Source: Nitrospirales bacterium
GTDB taxonomy: Bacteria; Nitrospirota; Nitrospiria; Nitrospirales; UBA8639
Assembly (NCBI GenBank): GCA_965203295.1
Contig: CBDBCZ010000013.1
Span: forward strand, 352,001 to 416,000
Length of the DNA: 64,000 nt
Direction of reading: 5' to 3'
Position numbers and translations under genes: made by a program. A model generated the notes under the pieces. The model saw only the letters and a list, made by a program, of their open reading frames with translations, was not told the origin of the DNA and made no database searches. Shown here piece after piece: positions 1 through 14,000 of this stretch; the first letter of the stretch is position 1, and every line of letters begins with the position of its first letter.

Positions 1-3000
1 TCTCACTCCTCATAACATACGTACTTCCAAAATTATGAACTTTGAACTTTGATTCTCACTCCCCGCTTCTCACTCCAATAGCTCTCGTTCCAGTATCCAG
101 TGTCGCGCGCGCATGTATGGTGCAGATACGTTATGATGTCATTCAATGTTCTTTAATTAGAATACAAAACGAACAGCATCCTACACATATGATAACGTCA
201 CGGTCTTCTCGCGTAGGCCTATTCTCGCGCAATCGAGGTTCATTAGTGGACGTCACATCCGGTACACACACACGCACAGACGCACAGAACTAACGTTAAA
301 GTATTGATAACTGCCAATTATGGTACTTAGAGGACTTCTAACTACAGTTAGAGCAAAACTTAATTGAGTTGCTGCAAACTGAAATTATTCATGAGATGTA
401 TACAGGTAGTACAATCCACTTAGATGATGCCATTTCCTGGTTTACAGGAAACCCACTTCATTGGCTAGACCACTAATTTCTGTAAACCACTCACAATGTA
501 ATTATCTAACATAACTTGTAGTACAATTGTTGTATAGTACATGTATATGTGAATGTTTGCATTCCATATTGCACACTCTTTTCAAAGCTATAACTGACCC
601 AGTGATGAATGATAACATGAAAATGGTACGGAGCGGAGTATGGATCCAGAATTTAAAGTTCTGTGGGGACATTGGCAAATCTCTGTATGCTTTCTTAAAT
701 CATATTTCCACACATTGGTAGGCGTGACTGATCAAACAGTACGTAACACATGCTTGTCAGCTCAGTGCTGTTTTTCTGAGTTCAATCTTTCCAAGTTGGT
801 TGTCCACAGGAGAAGGCAGATAGGCAGTGACTCTCAAGTACTTGATTAGGTTAGGCTGTCAATCAAAGGCTAACATTGTACACAGTTTTTGCTGTCAACT
901 TCAATTTGCCTACTGCACTGGACAACCAACCTGTAACTATCTGTTTACTACTGTAGTGGAGTTTATCTGTTTGCTATGGAGAAAGGCATCACTTTTGATG
1001 TTAATTCGCAACCACATAGTATTATTAGTGTACGCAAATTGCCTATTTATAGCTTTTTGTGGAGTCGCTCCAATGTAAACACCTTTGGCAAAGGGGAAGT
1101 CCCTTCCTACTCTATGGCATATTTTGGCCACACCTTCGTGAGGAACTGTACCGAAACTGGGCAAAGTTTTGCTACAAACGACCCATAACTACAAAATTAG
1201 CAGGAAATTAACAATCACTAAGTGTGGCGCACCGACAGGGCATGCCCTCCTCGGAATATTTGGGATTTCAGTGCTTCTGAGATCATTTCTGATGCAATTT
1301 TGGGGTGAAAGAACAAGGGTTGGACAACCTGCGGCAAAATGCAGTCACAGTGCTTGCTATAGAATCCTTGCGCTCAAGGAACTTGAGAAGGCATGGCTCC
1401 GCCGTGGGACGTGAGCGCGCGGAGCACGCGCGGTCACAGCATGGGTTTGGACTTTCAAAGGGTTTGCTTGAGAAACGTAAAGCTCTTCAGATGATGGGGC
1501 CTGTCAGGAAGACTCCAGAGAAACGCTTTTAAAATATTTGTACCATGGTGCTGCGTGCACGTCACTGTGACCAACATGCGAGTTAGTGAAACTGAACCAA
1601 CCGCACCAGTGGCTACGGCCCTGAGTGCTTGACAGCAAAAAGGCCCAAATTTTCTGGCTGGATTGTATCTTTTTTAGCAAAAAATAGTTGGGCGTTTGTG
1701 TTTCAAACTAGGGGAGCTTAGAATTGAAGATACTAGTTAATTAATTCTTAAAAATTAATTATAGGGCTGATAAGCTGGACCTTGTGAGCACAATATAGTG
1801 AAACTCTGGTTATGCAACATTTTGGCCCAAGTGGCTTGAGGAAAATCCCCCAGATTTACCACACAGGAAACCATTATGTTGACTATCAATCTATCAGCTT
1901 AAAATAGTATTTCTCTGAGCAATGGCTGGTGAAGTCACTGATCCTATTATGGTCTGGACAAATCAATGCTTCTCCGAACTGGCTTGAGCTTATATAAAGA
2001 AATGTCCTGTACATAATGAAAGAGCAGATAATATGCAATAAAACTGTCAGAGAAATAAGGAATATTCCTTACTGGAAGAGAATTACACTTACACAAACAA
2101 AACGGAAAATTAAACACACATCTAACTCTCAAAACAAATCCTCCTGTGTGACTTATAAACTTTAACTGCCTGCTCAAGTTCCTTTGCCAGATTTCTTTCC
2201 TTTAGAATAGGCCCGCTTGTAATCCAATGCCTTCCAAAAACATTTGCGGATGAGATCAAGGCCGACAGAGTCAACGGCAGGACGGATGAGGCGAAGTCAT
2301 GGCAGAGTAAAATTCGTGGAATATACTTTTGCTTGCCTCCACACACGCTAAATGGGGTTATGCTCGCAATACAACTTGGGTATAAAAAAAAAACACTTGA
2401 AGGCCTCGGGCTGTTAAGAACTGCTTAAAAAGGGTTTGCTCGTCCTGAAAGTCTTCGTGCATTGACAGTACAACACGCATGTCATCTGCTACTATCCGCT
2501 CAGTGTTAATCCCCCTGTTAAATGAGAACCAGCTGCCTCATACTGTTGGCATCAGGGGAGGTGTTGCGGCCCTCTCACCGCTGTATGGTGGTGGTGGTCG
2601 GTGCTGTTCCTTGAGCTTCTTCAGATCCTCAAGACATTCTCGCTGAGTAATGATGACATCCTCATGCTCATGTCCATTTACATACCCGGGTGAAAAAGGG
2701 TCTGAATTTAGGCGAGTGAAGCGCGTCAGTGTAAATCCTTCACGCACACTGTTTACGTGCAAATTTTTCCGTACGACGTCACGTGCAGCAGCATATTGTG
2801 CGATTTTTATAGCGTGTTTTGCATATACGTTGAATTCTTCATGCGTCCCCCCCCCCCCCGCTTTTACACTTATGTGCGTGGCTATAAATACGCCCATTAT
2901 TGTGATTGGGTATTCAACAGTACAAGAATAAAAATTAAAGACATTCCAATATAAAATTACTCCATTAAAATTTAAGCAAGATTGTACAAACGTACTGCAT

Positions 3001-3899
3001 TCCAAGTGGCACCTATAAACACACTTTTCAAAGATGTTTTCCACTTCAATGGGATGCTGTATTACAACAGCCACGATCTTTGCTCATGGCCTAGAGGATG
3101 AAAGGTGTCAATTATGAATTGATTTTGGTTCAGTGCATATTTTTCCACATGCCCTTGTGCTTCAAGCGACTTAGAGACCTCGTGACTCAGCCTGTCGCAA
3201 GAATACCGTCGAAATAATTATGCGTGAATCACGTCCTGGGTGTGGCAATTTTGGGATATTTTCACGAGCCAGGCTGTTGCTTGACTACAAGTATTAATAG
3301 GAATCATTGGCAATGGCACACTGAGCTATGAAAAGCATCTAGTTTTGGCATCTCTGTGTGCAGCATAGTTTCAAGGGTCAGCCATGGCTGGTATAGTAGT
3401 GGAGAGACGAGTTGGGCTGCTTGAAGCTCATCCGCATCGCTCGATTGTGCCGTCCGTTTCTAGCACTGATATACTTATACTGAAGCTACATACGTAGATT
3501 CTACTAACCTGAGAGCTGTAGTAAGCCTCCCTTGGTAAAACTAAGCGGTGGACTTGTCCAGATCTCTGCCCCTTGTTGTACCGCAGGTTTGAAGACGGCA
3601 TGCATATAGCCGCCTGAGACGCCATTTTGAACACATTCCTCCATAAAGCCCCATATAAATTGTGTATAGTTTTGTTTTGGCCATAACTCCTCACAGAAAC
3701 TGAAAATAGAGAAACGCCACATATGTTTTCATAGTTTTCACCCTTTATATATATGGAATGAATTTTGTTTCAAAATTCAATGCGTTAAAATTCAATGGTA
3801 ATGATAGAGAATCCAGAGAGCGTAACGGATCTGAGGTCTGTATACTACGTCATTGAATTCTCGCCATTGAATGATACAGCAAGTACCATTGAAGTTGTA

Positions 3900-4520
3900 A
3901 GATGCTGTTGAACTCATGTTCTGACTATTGAATTACATTGCTACGTCATTGAATTTGTATTACACACTGTTAAAATAGAATTGCCATATTGACTAGTGGG
4001 ATGTTGTTTGAGTTTCAACATGTATGGATATATAATTGCAGCAGCATTACTTTCCTCTGAGTCTTCCTCTGCCTCCTCTACACGAATTCACCTTAGTGAT
4101 GCACTTTAATCATCTGTATCGGTAAATGCTTTCACATTCTTGACCCACACAAATCAATCTGTATATACATGATTGTGATGTGTTGAAACTCAAACAACAA
4201 CCAATAGTCCAGATGACAATTCTATTTTAGCTGTGCAGCTATATTGAATTATTGTAGCTTCATTGAATCAACTTGTAAATGGCATTGAATTGTGTTGTTG
4301 TGTCATTGAATTCATTCTCAGCGTCATTTGAAGCCAATAGCAAGATTACAGAGATATACGGATAGTTTGCGAATTGCGTATTATAGTTCCCGTTCCGAAC
4401 AGGGCCTGTTCGTATTAGCCACGTGGCTGCTGTTCATTCAATAAACATGCTGTGCTGTAATACAAATTCAATGACGTAGCAATGTAATTCAATAGTCAGA
4501 ACATGAGTTCAACAGCGTCT
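3900..4520. repeat. Nested inverted repeats (foldback/MITE-like)
   Basis: 65-bp arms 3900-3964 and 4456-4520 are reverse complements with one mismatch; a second, more diverged inverted pair lies inside (~3970-4020 vs ~4181-4229); many ATTGAA(T) motifs. Confidence 0.7.
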
Positions 4521-4892
4521 TTCGAATGCTTCACCACACTCAGTAGTCCATACTACACGATTAGGCCTGTCCTTCTTTGTGAGGTCTGTCATAGGAGCAG
4601 CAATCTTGGCAATGTCAGGAATAGATTTCCTGTGATATCCTGTTAGGAACCTCCCACATGCTTCTTAGTCACCAGTATTGAGGATAGCTTAACAGCCAGA
4701 ACCTTTGATGGTTCGGACAAACTAGACCATTTCCAACAATGTGCCTCAAGTAAGTACACTGCTACATCCCAGAACTGACATTTGGGAGGCTCTGCAGTCA
4801 ACCCAGCAGCAAATGTCAGTCCAGTACCATTCTCATTTAAATTACGTAGGTGCTCATCCCAAGTGGAACTGTAAACAATAAAGTTGTCAAGG
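4521..4892 (-). pseudogene. Degenerate Ty3/Gypsy reverse transcriptase fragment
   Basis: Minus-strand translation across frameshifts gives LDNFIVYSSTWDEHL (YxDD region), AGLT..P.KCQF and TGYHRKSIPDIAKIAAPMTDLTKKDRPNRVVWTTECGEAF, typical of the Gypsy RT thumb. Confidence 0.75.
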
Positions 4893-4893
4893 T

Positions 4894-5037
4894 TGTAATA
4901 TTATTGATGAGTTGACTCACGGTTTAATCACTCATAAACTATTCAACTGCAGAGTTACAGTAACAGCTGGTATTTGTACAGGCATGCTACTGAATATAGC
5001 GTGACCAAACTAGGAATAACTCTGGATATAAACAACA
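4894..5037 (-). mobile_element. Possible short LTR of the adjacent Gypsy integrase fragment
   Basis: On the minus strand it begins TGTTG and ends ATTACA (TG...CA), downstream of the integrase stop; no second copy in the window. Confidence 0.3.
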
Positions 5038-5138
5038 TACATGTGAAGTAAGAGCCTGTGACTGGTGCTGAATAATGAACACAGAAAACATGCATGTGAA
5101 TACATATAGTACAGAGTTCAAGTGTTCTTGGATGGAGG

Positions 5139-5987
5139 TCACAGTCTGTTGGGTGGATGTATCTGTATCCCAGTACACGATCGGGTCATCATCGGTTCTC
5201 GTACGGGTGGTTCGATTCAGGGTGGTTCAGTCTGGGGTTGTTCGGTCGATTGGCGATTCCCAGGCGTGACATTCAGATGTTGTCGGTTCCGCCTTACTTG
5301 TCCAGCAGGGTTTTCGACCACATACGTAGGACAGGGGTGTGTTTGATCACTACCAGAGATTGGCTGGTCACCGGATGTGATCCAAACATCTGAATCATCA
5401 GGAATGGGGATTAGAGCTCGGACTCGGTGACAGCGATCATATTTCCGTTTCTGTCGATTTTTGAAAGTACGATTGTTACTCCGAAATTCATCAGTTTCCA
5501 TTCTGGAATAAGGGTCACACAATCGTCTTCTCATGAGGAGCTCAGCTGGAGAGAGGTTGCATTAGGGGAAAGGTGTTGACCTGTATGAGAGTAGGGCCAT
5601 GTGTACATCTGCGGATTCCTTGAGCAAACTCTTCACGGTCTTGACTGTCCGTTTAGCCTGCCCATTACTTTGGGCAAATAGAGGGCTGCTGGTCACGTGA
5701 TGGAAATTGTAGGCCTTTGCAAACTCATGCGATAAATACTGAGGGCCGTTGTCACTGATAACTGTCTCAGGAATTCCAAATGGTAAGAACATAGCTTTCA
5801 GTGATTCGAAGATACTGTTGGATGTTGTGTTCGTGAGTTTCAGGATTTCGGGATATCTCGAGAAGTAGTCAACAAGTAGATACGTGGTTTCTTAGAGTGG
5901 AAGAGTTCTGCTCCGATTTTCTGCCATGGATATATTATAGTTCTGTGCAAATCATGAGCTCCGTTCGAGGGGTGAAGTCTTTGCTGG
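5139..5987 (-). pseudogene. Gypsy (K02A2.6-like) integrase fragment
   Basis: YPWQKIGAELF, FGIPETVISDNGPQY, HVTSSPLFAQSNGQAKRTVKTVK, ALLSYRSTP, YVVENPAGQVRRNRQHL and C-terminal TRS.TG..IHPPNRL*; several frameshifts. Confidence 0.85.
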
Positions 5988-6700
5988 CCTTGAGCGTTTT
6001 GATTAAACCTCTCAACAAGGCAGTCCATCTGAGGATGATAGGGACCCGTCTGGATAGGATGTACGTGAAGCATCCGGTATATCTCCACCACACTGCAAAA
6101 ACAAAAGGGTCGCTTTAATCCAGCTGGGGGTATCTCAGTTGCAAGTTCACTACGAAAAAATGTGCATACAGGCAGATCAATTACATTATTTGCCCAACAT
6201 AATACCTTTATGGCTCCTATAATTAAGGAAATATGCACTGCAAAACCTAAAATGTTGCTTTAAACCAGCTAGGGATATCTCAGTTGCAGTGTACATGTAC
6301 AAAACAATGTAAACAAGTGGATCACTTTACCACCCTATTTAGGCTCCAATTTCTAAAGGAAGGAAAGACCATTAGCAACGCATATTTTGTACCAACCCAT
6401 TTCTATCCCATGCACCTAAGAAAGCTGATCTAGGTTGGCTTTTGAGGAAAGTAATCTTATTGCACTGCATGCCAGTAACTGAGCATTCTCTGGTATACTG
6501 GAGCTGCAACTGAGGTGACCTTATGTGGGTTAAAACCAACCACTTTATTTTTGCAGTGAGTAACTGTGATGTAAAGTTGTTACCTTTCGTCAGGATCTCC
6601 TGCGCAACCCCTACCTGAGCGAACAACTTCACTAGTTTCGCAGCAGTGTGTTCCACATCAGTTGACTTGAGTGTGGGACAGCTTCCGGATGCCATGTTGC
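5988..6700 (-). pseudogene. Second Gypsy integrase fragment, split by a DNA-transposon insertion
   Basis: LVKLFAQVGVAQEILT.GNNFTSQLL (about 6559-6700) continues as VEIYRMLHVHPIQTGPYHPQMDCLVERFNQ (about 5988-6090) once 6091-6558 is removed. Confidence 0.8.
6091..6558. mobile_element. Non-autonomous CACTG-ended (CMC/EnSpm-like) element
   Basis: Ends CACTGCAAAA...TTTTGCAGTG; it interrupts the integrase frame; the left ~145 bp is repeated in tandem from 6236; TSD not clean. Confidence 0.65.
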
Positions 6701-9477
6701 GTAATTGCGTATCACTGGAATGTCTTTTGACACCGGAAAGGGAGGGTACAGACTGGCTGTGTGTTCCACTCTTTTGCTTGGACTGCCCAGAGCAGGCGTA
6801 CTGCAGCATTTATTTCACATACGTAATTTACACTACCTATGATTGTCTTTACTGTTGTCTACAACTTAACCTGAATGTATGAACCTTAATTGAGTCTTTA
6901 AATTTTCTGAGATTTGTTGTAGTATCTATGAACTGACCAACAGTTACATTGAACTTTCGAAGACTGGCTTGACCTGCAATGCTGCCCGACGTTCACACTC
7001 CTCAAGGCAGCACTCAGCTTCAGTCAGCTTGTCAAAGTGTGTAGCTGACCACTAAACTTCTGCTGTTCATTGTTCAGGGCAGCACTGAGCCTTTAAGCTC
7101 TGTAGCTACATCAAACAGCTTATTTTTGAATATATACAACTAAGATTGTAGTTGCACCTCCCTGAATCAGTGCCAAGCTGAATTAGAGCTGGACTGAGAC
7201 GTAGGTTGCCCAGGAGAAGAGCCGTAGAACTACCGGAATTTTATCTAATGCATATACATTTAATGTAAGCTATACCTCTTAGTAGAGCTTCTGGACAGGT
7301 GTTGGCAAGCATCTTTATTTCTGTAGCATCAGCTACTGTTAGGAGATCTGAAAATCTATATATAGAGCCAATCAAAAAAAAAACTGCTGTGTCTGAAGCC
7401 CAATAAACGAATTGCCAATTCAAAATGAAGATAGTCAATAAATGCAACTGTGCAGGAATGGAAGGTTTTGGTACGTTACTATAATTATTCTGCGTAGTCA
7501 TCACCATTCCAACCTCATTTAGAAAGGTTTCCTACATATACGTGATTATAGGAGATTGTTTTTCCTATCCTGCAAAGTATAGCTAGCTGTTGTCCTGTGA
7601 TTCATTACTGCTATGATTGGAATATTACTGGACTGTAATTTGCTTTTGCTGAATAATAGACTTGTCAAAGGATATCCATTGATGTAAAAATCATTGTATG
7701 CTAAAAGCTACAAACATTTGGCTGTTTGCATAGCTAAGGTACAGTCCTCTTCTGCTGGTTTTCTACCCTTTCTTTGGTCTACGTAGGTCTGCTAGTATAC
7801 ACATGCACTTACGTTATATGTACAGTTTTTTTTTCTTTCCCTGATAGACTGTGAGAGTTTGCATATTATTTTGTCTTTATTTGCCTGGGTAGTTGCTCTT
7901 TCTTTTGCTTGGCAGCTTTAATTATGATGTAGTCTGTCAAATGCTGCAGTATCCTGATCGTCTGTCTATTGAGTGAAAGTTGTATTGAAGTGTGGCTTGG
8001 CTGTTTTGGTGAAGGTACTAAATTAGTGGATTCTAGTCTTGACAAGGGAGAGTTTGACGACTCAGAGAAGGGTTGATCTAATGGTGAGGAGTCACTCGTG
8101 AGAGAGGTTATTGTTAAAGAGTCAGATTCGGGAGAACTGCATGGCATGGTGTAGGTAGAATTACGTATCCAGCATTGATGTTCTGAGGTAACACTGTCAC
8201 CATTCTCCTCAAAGTGGAGAGAGTTCTGCTATCATCTGAGGAGAGCATTGAAATCATAAACTGTGGTGGGCTGATACGTGTAGTACCTGGCATTGAAGGC
8301 TCAGAGTGTGAGCTAACAGTTCCTATTGGTGAGGTTTGCAAGGAACCTTCAGTAGCATAGCGACAGATATTAAAGGATGGAAGTGAGATGTTTCTGTCAT
8401 TACATTCTTCCCATTTGTTTGAAGGTGAAAGTGTATGTCTGAAACGTTTCTATGATGGATTTCATGCATTGGTACTCCGATCTACATCTAAAAATTCAAC
8501 TCCACCTTCTACATGCCTCCACCATTTTCTTGAACCTTTCACTGGTCCTCTCTAAGTAGGAATGATGCTGTACTGGTGTTTGTATGATTCGTGACTTTGG
8601 AATGATTTAGGTGGTACGTATGGCTTGGGCTAGTTGCTGTACTTCACTTTCTTGTCTGTCATATTGTATGACTTTGATCTTTTTTTCCCTCCTGTATTTA
8701 AACCAAAATGTTAGTAATAATCTGGTTTGCATTCTGGTTTAAAGTGGGCTTTGTGATCATGCATTGGTGCTGGGGCTAGCATGTCATGCTTTTTTGTTTC
8801 AATGTCTCAAACTTCAAATAGGTAAGTAGCACGTGGCTATTGGGGAAGTGCAGGAACCGAACCGATAATCAGAGATGGCGATGGCTTGTTTTTGTGGTGG
8901 ATGAATAATGGTATAATGGTAATAGTTGCCCGCACGCATGAACGTTGGGGAGAGTCCCTGATGAGAAACTAATATGCAACAAATAGTGGCCTTATATGTG
9001 AGCTGTATGACTCCATCAATGTACAATTTATATAGCTAGATCTCTATGGGACCCTTTTAAGTCACAAATAGCATGCTCTCTGTTTGCCTGCATCACTTGC
9101 ACTTGCATATCTGCTCACACACCATATTTACACATTTTAGTGGTGTGGTTAAGTCCTAGAGTCTAAAAAATAGGTTTCATTGAGAAAACAGTACAGTTGT
9201 AAAGTAAACCCAAGTTTTCCCCAAATCGTTTGTATATAATCCATGTCTCTGGTGTAAGGAAGAAATTGTAAAAGTGAGAAGCCACAATTAGCATTCGAAT
9301 GAAGTGACATTTGTAATCGTGCATTACACAGATACTATAATTATTGGGCCTGTATATAGCAGGCTTTCCTTTACAATAATATACTTACTGCTATGGCTAC
9401 ACACTTCACACACGTGTCATGATTCACAGATCTTCGGAGTGGGGTGAACAATTCAAGTGTCACTGAGTGGGGTGGAC

Positions 9478-10050
9478 TGTCACGGAATATTTGGACCCCG
9501 TAAAAAATGTTCCCCCCGGAACAAATATTTCGGTTTTACGGTGTAATATTCGGACCGCCGCTGAAATAAAAGTTCCGCATGCATACGGGTGTACCAACAG
9601 CCTCTGACTGTCAATCATTTGCTGTCAAACTCTGAAGATGGCGGGAAATGGCTATTATAAGAAGACCAGCGAGTCATCGGAAGTGTATCTTGAGCTACTG
9701 GAATGGAAGCAGTTGATAAAGAAGACCCTATATTGGAACTCGCTATCGAGTACGTTCTGACGAACGCTACACCCCTTCCTTGAGCAAGGACAGAAAGCGT
9801 ACTGTGTACATGTATCATTTTCTTTTTGTCATTGTTAATCCAACTTGTGTGTGTGTGTGTGGGGTGGGTCCAAATCGTGTATTGAGTTTATATTCAGGAA
9901 ATTGTGCAATTTGAAGGGGGGTCCTTATATTTCAAAGGTGGTCCGAAAATTTCAGTGCATTTCTGAAATATTAGTTCCGGGGGGTCCACATATTTCGAAA
10001 TACTTGGACCGGGGGGAACAATTTTGGGGGGGTCCAAATTTATCATGACA
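9478..10050 (+). mobile_element. Ginger-like non-autonomous DNA transposon
   Basis: Ends TGTCACGGAATATTTGGACCCC / GGGGTCCAAATTTATCATGACA; 4-bp TSD GGAC (9474-9477, 10051-10054); internal remnant LAIEYVLTNA..PSLSKDRKRTV resembles the N-terminus of GIN/Ginger integrases. Confidence 0.7.
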
Positions 10051-10255
10051 GGACAATTCAAGTGTCACTGAGTGGGGTGGACAATTCAAGTGTCACTGAG
10101 TGGGGTGGACAATTCAAGTGTCACTGAGTGGGGTGGACAATTCAAGTGTCACTGAGTGGGGTGAATAATTCAAGTGTCACTGAGTGGGGTGGACAATTCA
10201 AGTGTCACTGAGTGGGGTGGACTATTCAAGTGTCACTGAGTGGGGGTGAACAATT

Positions 10256-10952
10256 GAAGGGCCAAGAACCAAAGTGGTCTAACCCACATAATTGACTTTA
10301 TCTCTAAGCTCCCAAACTTGAGAATACTCCTAAAATGTGTGTATGGCTGCTTAAGTTTGCTCATAATGTATGATGTTGGTACGTAAAGCCTAAGTTTTGG
10401 TATTCAAATTTATGATTTGCCAGACACGTACTTTGGCTCAAAATGTTTGTGCCCTGGCTCAAACTCTTGTGTACCAACAATTGTGTTGTAGAGGAATTTT
10501 ATTATACACTTGGTGTGCATCTCAATTAGGCTTTCTGCATAGCTATAATTTTTTTTAATACCTGGAATCCCCAGTCTGTTTATATAATAGACTGAGTAAG
10601 GAAAGCCACACCAATGGTGTCATTCAGCAGGTTTCTTGAAAATATACAATAGCAATAAAGCTGATGTGAAGCCCGAGGTATTTTTCCATATTGCTGAGTC
10701 TACTTGAGAGGGTGGAGGCGTGTTCTAACTGGCTTGTAATTGCACACCCAAAAGGCTTCAGCATGCATTGCAATAATGGATAATATGAAGGGCCAAGAAC
10801 CTCTGAGTGGGTTAACCCAACATTATGCAGTCTGAGCACGACCAAAAATGGTAAAATCTGAAAATTTAGGTATAGCTTCTAAAACACAGTAAGAATGTTC
10901 TCAAGTTTGAGAAAGTTAAAGCGGGTTAGACCGCTCTGGTTCTTGGCCCTTC
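10256..10952. mobile_element. MITE with GAAGGGCCAAGAACC TIRs (Sola-like), copy 1
   Basis: TIR GAAGGGCCAAGAACC / GGTTCTTGGCCCTTC; TSD AATT (10252-10255, 10953-10956); extra internal TIR copy near 10787. An AWWT TSD suggests Sola1. Confidence 0.75.
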
Positions 10953-11779
10953 AATTCAAGTGTCACTGAGTGGGGTGGACAATTCAAGTGTCACTGAGTG
11001 GCCTGGGGTGGACAATTCAAGTGTCACTGAGTGGGGTGGACAATTCAAGTGTCACTGAGTGGCCTGGGGTGGACAATTCAAGTGTCACTGAGTGGGTTGA
11101 ACAATGACAAGTGTCACTGAGTGGGGTGGACAATTCAAGTGTCACTGAGTGGGGTGGACAATTCAAGTGTCACCGAGTGGGGTGGACAATTCAAGTGTCA
11201 CCGAGTGGGGTGGACAATTCAAGTGTCACCGAGTGGGGTGGACAATTCAAGTGTCACCGAGTGGGGTGGACAATTCAAGTGTCACCGAGTGGGGTGGACA
11301 ATTCAAGTGTCACCGAGTGGGGTGGACAATTCAAGTGTCACCGAGTGGGGTGGACAATTCAAGTGTCACCGGGTGGGGTGGACAATTGAAGTGTCACCGG
11401 GTGGGGTGGACAATTGAAGTGTCACCGGGTGGGGTGGACAATTCAAGTGTCACTGAGTGGGGTGGACAATTCAAGTGTCACTGAGTGAGGTGGACAATTC
11501 AAGTGTCACTGAGTGGGGTGGACAATTCAAGTGTCACTGAGTGGGGTGGACAATTCAAGTGTCACTGAGTGGGGTGAACAATTCAAGTGTCACTGAGTGG
11601 GGTGGACAATTCAAGTGTCACTGAGTGGGGTGGACAATTCAAGTGTCACTAGGTGGGGTGGACAATTCAAGTGTCACTGAGTGGGGTGGACAATTCAAGT
11701 GTCACTGAGTGGGGTGGATATTTCAAGTGTCACTGAGTGGGGTGGACAATTCAAGTGTCACTGAGTGGGTTGAACAATT

Positions 11780-12424
11780 GAAGGGCCAAGAACCAAAGTG
11801 GTCTAACCCACATAATTGACTTTATCTCTAAGCTCCCAAACTTGAGAATACTCCTAAAATGTGTGCATGGCTGCTTAAGTTTGCTCATAATGTATGATGT
11901 TGGTACGTAAAGCCTAAGTTTTGGTATTCAATTTATGATTTGCCAGACACGTACTTTGGCTCAAAATGTTTGTGCCCTGGCTCAAACTCTTGTGTACCAA
12001 CAATTGTGTTGTAGAGGAATTTTATTGTACACTTGGTGTGCATCTCATTTAGGCTTTCTGCATAGCTATAATTTTTTTAATACCTGGAATCCCCAGTCTG
12101 TTTATATAATAGACTGAGTAAGGAAAGCCACACCAATGGTGTCATTCAGCAGGTTTCTTGAAAATATAGAATAGCAATAAAGCTGATGTGAAGCCCGACG
12201 TATTTTTCCATATTAATGAGTCTACTTGAGAGGGTGGAGGCGTGTTCTAACTGGCTTGTAATTGCACACCCAAAAGGCTTCAGCATGCATGCATTCTGAG
12301 CACGACCAAAAATGGTAAAATCTGAAACTTTAGGTATAGCTTCTAAAACACAGTAAGAATGTTCTCAAGTTTGAGAAGTTAAAATTACTTTTGCGGGTTA
12401 GACCACTCTGGTTCTTGGCCCTTC
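11780..12424. mobile_element. Same MITE, copy 2
   Basis: Nearly identical to 10256-10952, same site in the satellite monomer, but lacks the internal TIR segment. Confidence 0.8.
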
Positions 12425-12858
12425 ATATTATTCAAGTGTCACTGAGTGGGGTGGACAATTCAAGTGTCACTGAGTGGGGTGGACAATTCAAGTGTCACTG
12501 AGTGGCCTGGGGTGGACAATTCAAGTGTCACTGAGTGAGTTGAACAATGACAAGTGTCACTGAGTGGGGTGGACAATTCAAGTGTCACTGAGTGGGGTGG
12601 ACAATTCAAGTGTCACTGAGTGGGGTGGACAATTCAAGTGTCACTGAGTGGGGTGGACAATTCAAGTGTCACTGAGTGGGGTGGACAATTCAAGTGTCAC
12701 TGAGTGGGGTGGACAATTCAAGTGTCACTGAGTGGGGTGGACAATTCAAGTGTCACTGAGTGGGGTGGACAATTCAAGTGTCACTGAGTGGGGTGAATAA
12801 TTCAAGTGTCACTGAGTGGGGTGGACAATTCAAGTGTCACTGAGTGGGGTGGACAAAA

Positions 12859-13331
12859 AGGGCTGAGAACCATAGTGGGCCAACCCGAAATGTCCAGCCA
12901 CAGTAAAGTGTAGGTATGAGTCACAGGTTTATATTGTACATATAACAGCATGGATAGCAGTAAAATTAGGGTTACATTTCACTGCCTGTTCCAATAGCAA
13001 TTTCACTCTATTAGATGATTACAACATGCACAGCTCAGTGTAGTACTACCTCAAGCTGACAGAAGCCATTGGGCTACAAATCAGTTAAACCACGCCACCT
13101 GCAGGCTGTATGGGTTTTAGAGTACACTCGTGCAATAACAATTAGAGCCCTGGGGCTTCGCCCTCATGCTCTAATTGTTATTGCCCTCGTGTATACTCTA
13201 AAACCCATACAGCCCTGGGTGGCGTGGGTTTATCTAATACATACACTCCTGCACTTTTATATTGATTTTTGTACAAATTATGCACTTTCCAGTGCTTGAT
13301 TTCGGGTTGGCCCACTATGGCTCTCAGCCCT
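12859..13331. mobile_element. MITE with AGGGCTGAGA..CATAGTGGGCCAACCCGAAAT TIRs and an internal palindrome
   Basis: ~33-bp TIRs; internal ~147-bp hairpin at 13086-13232 centred on GGGCTTCGCCC. Confidence 0.75.
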
Positions 13332-13638
13332 ATTCAAGTGTCACTGAGTGGGGTGGACAATTCAAGTGTCACTAAGTGGCCTGGGGTGGACAATTCAAGT
13401 GTCACTGAGTGGGGTGGACAATTCAAGTGTCACTGAGTGGGGTGGACAATTCAAGTGTCACTGAGTGGCCTGGAGTGGACAATTCAAGTGTCACTGAGTG
13501 GGGTGGACAATTCAAGTGTCACTGAGTGGCCTGGGGTGAACAATTCAAGTGTCACTGAGTGGGGTGGACAATTCAAGTGTCACTGAGTGGCCTGGAGTGG
13601 ACAATTCAAGTGTCACTGAGTGGGGTGAACAATTTTGC

Positions 13639-14000
13639 AGGGTTACATTTCACTGCCTGTTCCAATAGCAATTTCACTCTATTAGATGATTACAACTTGC
13701 ACAGCTCAGTGTAGTACTACCTCAAGCTGACAGAAGCCATTGGGCTACAAATCAGTTAAACCACGCCACCTGCAGGCTGTATGGGTTTTAGAGTACACTC
13801 GTGCAATAACAATTAGAGCCCTGGGGCTTCTCCCTCATGCTCTAATTGTTATTGCCCTCGTGTACTCTAAAACCCATACAGCCCTGGGTGGCGTGGGTTT
13901 ATCTAATACATACACTCCTGCACTTTTATATTGATTTTTGTACAAATTATGCACTTTCCAGTGCTTGATTTCGGGTTGGCCCACTATGGCTCTCAGCCCT
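13639..14000. mobile_element. Left-truncated second copy of the 12859-13331 MITE
   Basis: Near-identical to 12968-13331, followed by the same pattern of satellite variants. Confidence 0.8.

Noticed and set aside
2538..3074. 178-aa ORF ending in PPPPY
   Set aside because: Appears to be a chance join of repeat-derived sequence and a possible orphan terminal exon; no recognisable domain or upstream exons.
7860..8700. Ser/Pro-rich minus-strand ORF fragments
   Set aside because: Frameshifted and low-complexity, with no diagnostic motif to support a call.
11111..11484. Repetitive ORFs in the satellite
   Set aside because: By-product of T-to-C variants removing TGA in a 28-bp (non-triplet) repeat.
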